A stretch of DNA of 64,000 nt from NCBI RefSeq assembly GCF_004010195.1, contig NC_057719.1, positions 60,027,410-60,091,409 on the forward strand, in the 5' to 3' direction. The notes under the pieces were generated by a model that was given only the letters and a program-made list of their open reading frames with translations, was not told where the DNA came from and made no database searches. A program made the position numbers and the translations under genes. Source of the stretch: Chiloscyllium plagiosum. Taxonomy: Eukaryota. This document shows, in pieces, positions 62,991 to 64,000 of this stretch. Each line of letters begins with the position of its first letter. Position 1 is the first letter of the stretch.

Positions 62991-64000
62991 TGCAAAGTCC
63001 AATAAGACAGCTGAATTGGCTCAGCATCCAAACACGGGCATATATTTGTTTTAAGTATTAGAATTGAGTAGAACTATGAAAACTCCCAAGTTATCTGTGC
63101 AAACAAAACTTAGAAAGAGCTAAAAATTAAGCATTGTGTTTTGGAATTTTGAACACTGGAAAATGCAGGAACATGAAACTTGTTGTTGATGGGAATATTT
63201 CTTACATACATCTCTAAGATGAGCGGAGGGTTTATAATATTTAGATCAGAAGACTATTAAAAAGCACTTTAGCAGCAGAAACTCCTACTTTTGGTGAAGT
63301 GGCTGATTTGATTCTTTTCATAGCAAAATTACTGGAAGAAATTTTGGGATTCAGCAGCAAGACCCATTGAGTGCCATATTGATAATATGTAACTATACGA
63401 TAATGTACACACAATGAAATGAGTGAAAAAAAAGACTCAGAATCAATATTGCAGTTTTATAACAGATGCTGAACAATGGAGAAATCTCTAAACTGAAATG
63501 ATGGATAGCAGCAGCCAGCTGTCTGATTTTTCTACAAAGAAAGACACGAGCTCTAACAAACTGTTGGACATACTGGAAAAAGGACGGTTGGAGCTTTGTG
63601 CAAAGGGAATAAGGAATATGTTGTAATTTTGTATATTTTAATTTGTTTGTTTTTAATTAAGTATATATTGATTTATTTAAAATGATAAAAAGGAATCTGT
63701 TATCATTTACTAAGTTCTGAAGGGATGCCCGAGATCTAATACAATGAGGGAACAGGTGAAGAATAATTTAATTAAAGGTTAAATGGGTGTGAATTGGTTG
63801 TATAACTATAGCCCATAATTGGGTTTGCCTATAATAGGCTTTGTACGTAAATATTGAATTGGTTACACAGATGTTTTTGCAGGTGTGGACAGTCATTAAA
63901 AAGACAAAAGAAAAAGTAACAGTGATTTTGTGTGGTGGGAAGGTCACTCAGTTGTGTGTGATAACAGTTGTGTAAAAAGAGGAAAAAAAATCAGTTAGAT

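Larger units (their letters stand above)
55140..64000 (+). mobile_element. Highly decayed Ty1/copia-like LTR retrotransposon with nested insertions
   Basis: tRNA-iMet PBS at 55278; gag (LLAFKFLDCA; degenerate knuckle near 58060); protease-like region 58240-58600; integrase CQICKKY...LHFVDLGTRF (58868-59005); RT IKIAFVKG...IFLCLPK (60650); RNase H KRLRINIAVL and QLSDFSTK (63430-63540). An LTR-like motif gggtg.gaattggttgtat occurs at both 55143 and 63785. Confidence 0.7.

Noticed and set aside
43660..64000. Next upstream NPAS3 exon (PAS-B/PAC region)
   Set aside because: I could not find it by eye; it probably lies beyond the window, though I may have missed it.

Overview
Eukaryotic, repeat-rich vertebrate DNA, very probably a shark: it carries HE1/V-SINEs, a SacSINE1/Deu-type SINE, CR1 LINEs and shark-type Penelope repeats. 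The only host gene I can support is the 3' end of NPAS3 on the minus strand: a penultimate coding exon at 43540-43655, a last coding exon at 35887-37196 and a probable 3'UTR to about 32.9 kb. The rest is intron or downstream DNA filled with mostly decayed transposons. These include (1) a two-LTR Gmr1-like Ty3/gypsy element (3980-11092; 4-bp TSD, tRNA-Pro PBS, SCAN-like Gag, integrase before RT) with a nested CR1, an HE1 and an initiator-tRNA-Met-like sequence; (2) several Penelope-like elements whose terminal repeats carry minimal hammerhead-ribozyme motifs and often form fold-backs, including a 176-bp spacerless palindrome; (3) a decayed Ty1/copia-like element with a tRNA-iMet PBS; (4) PIF/Harbinger remnants; (5) two solo LTRs. 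There is a 953-nt N gap at 20139-21091. All family names come from recognising motifs by eye; no database search was run, and the boundaries of old repeats are approximate.
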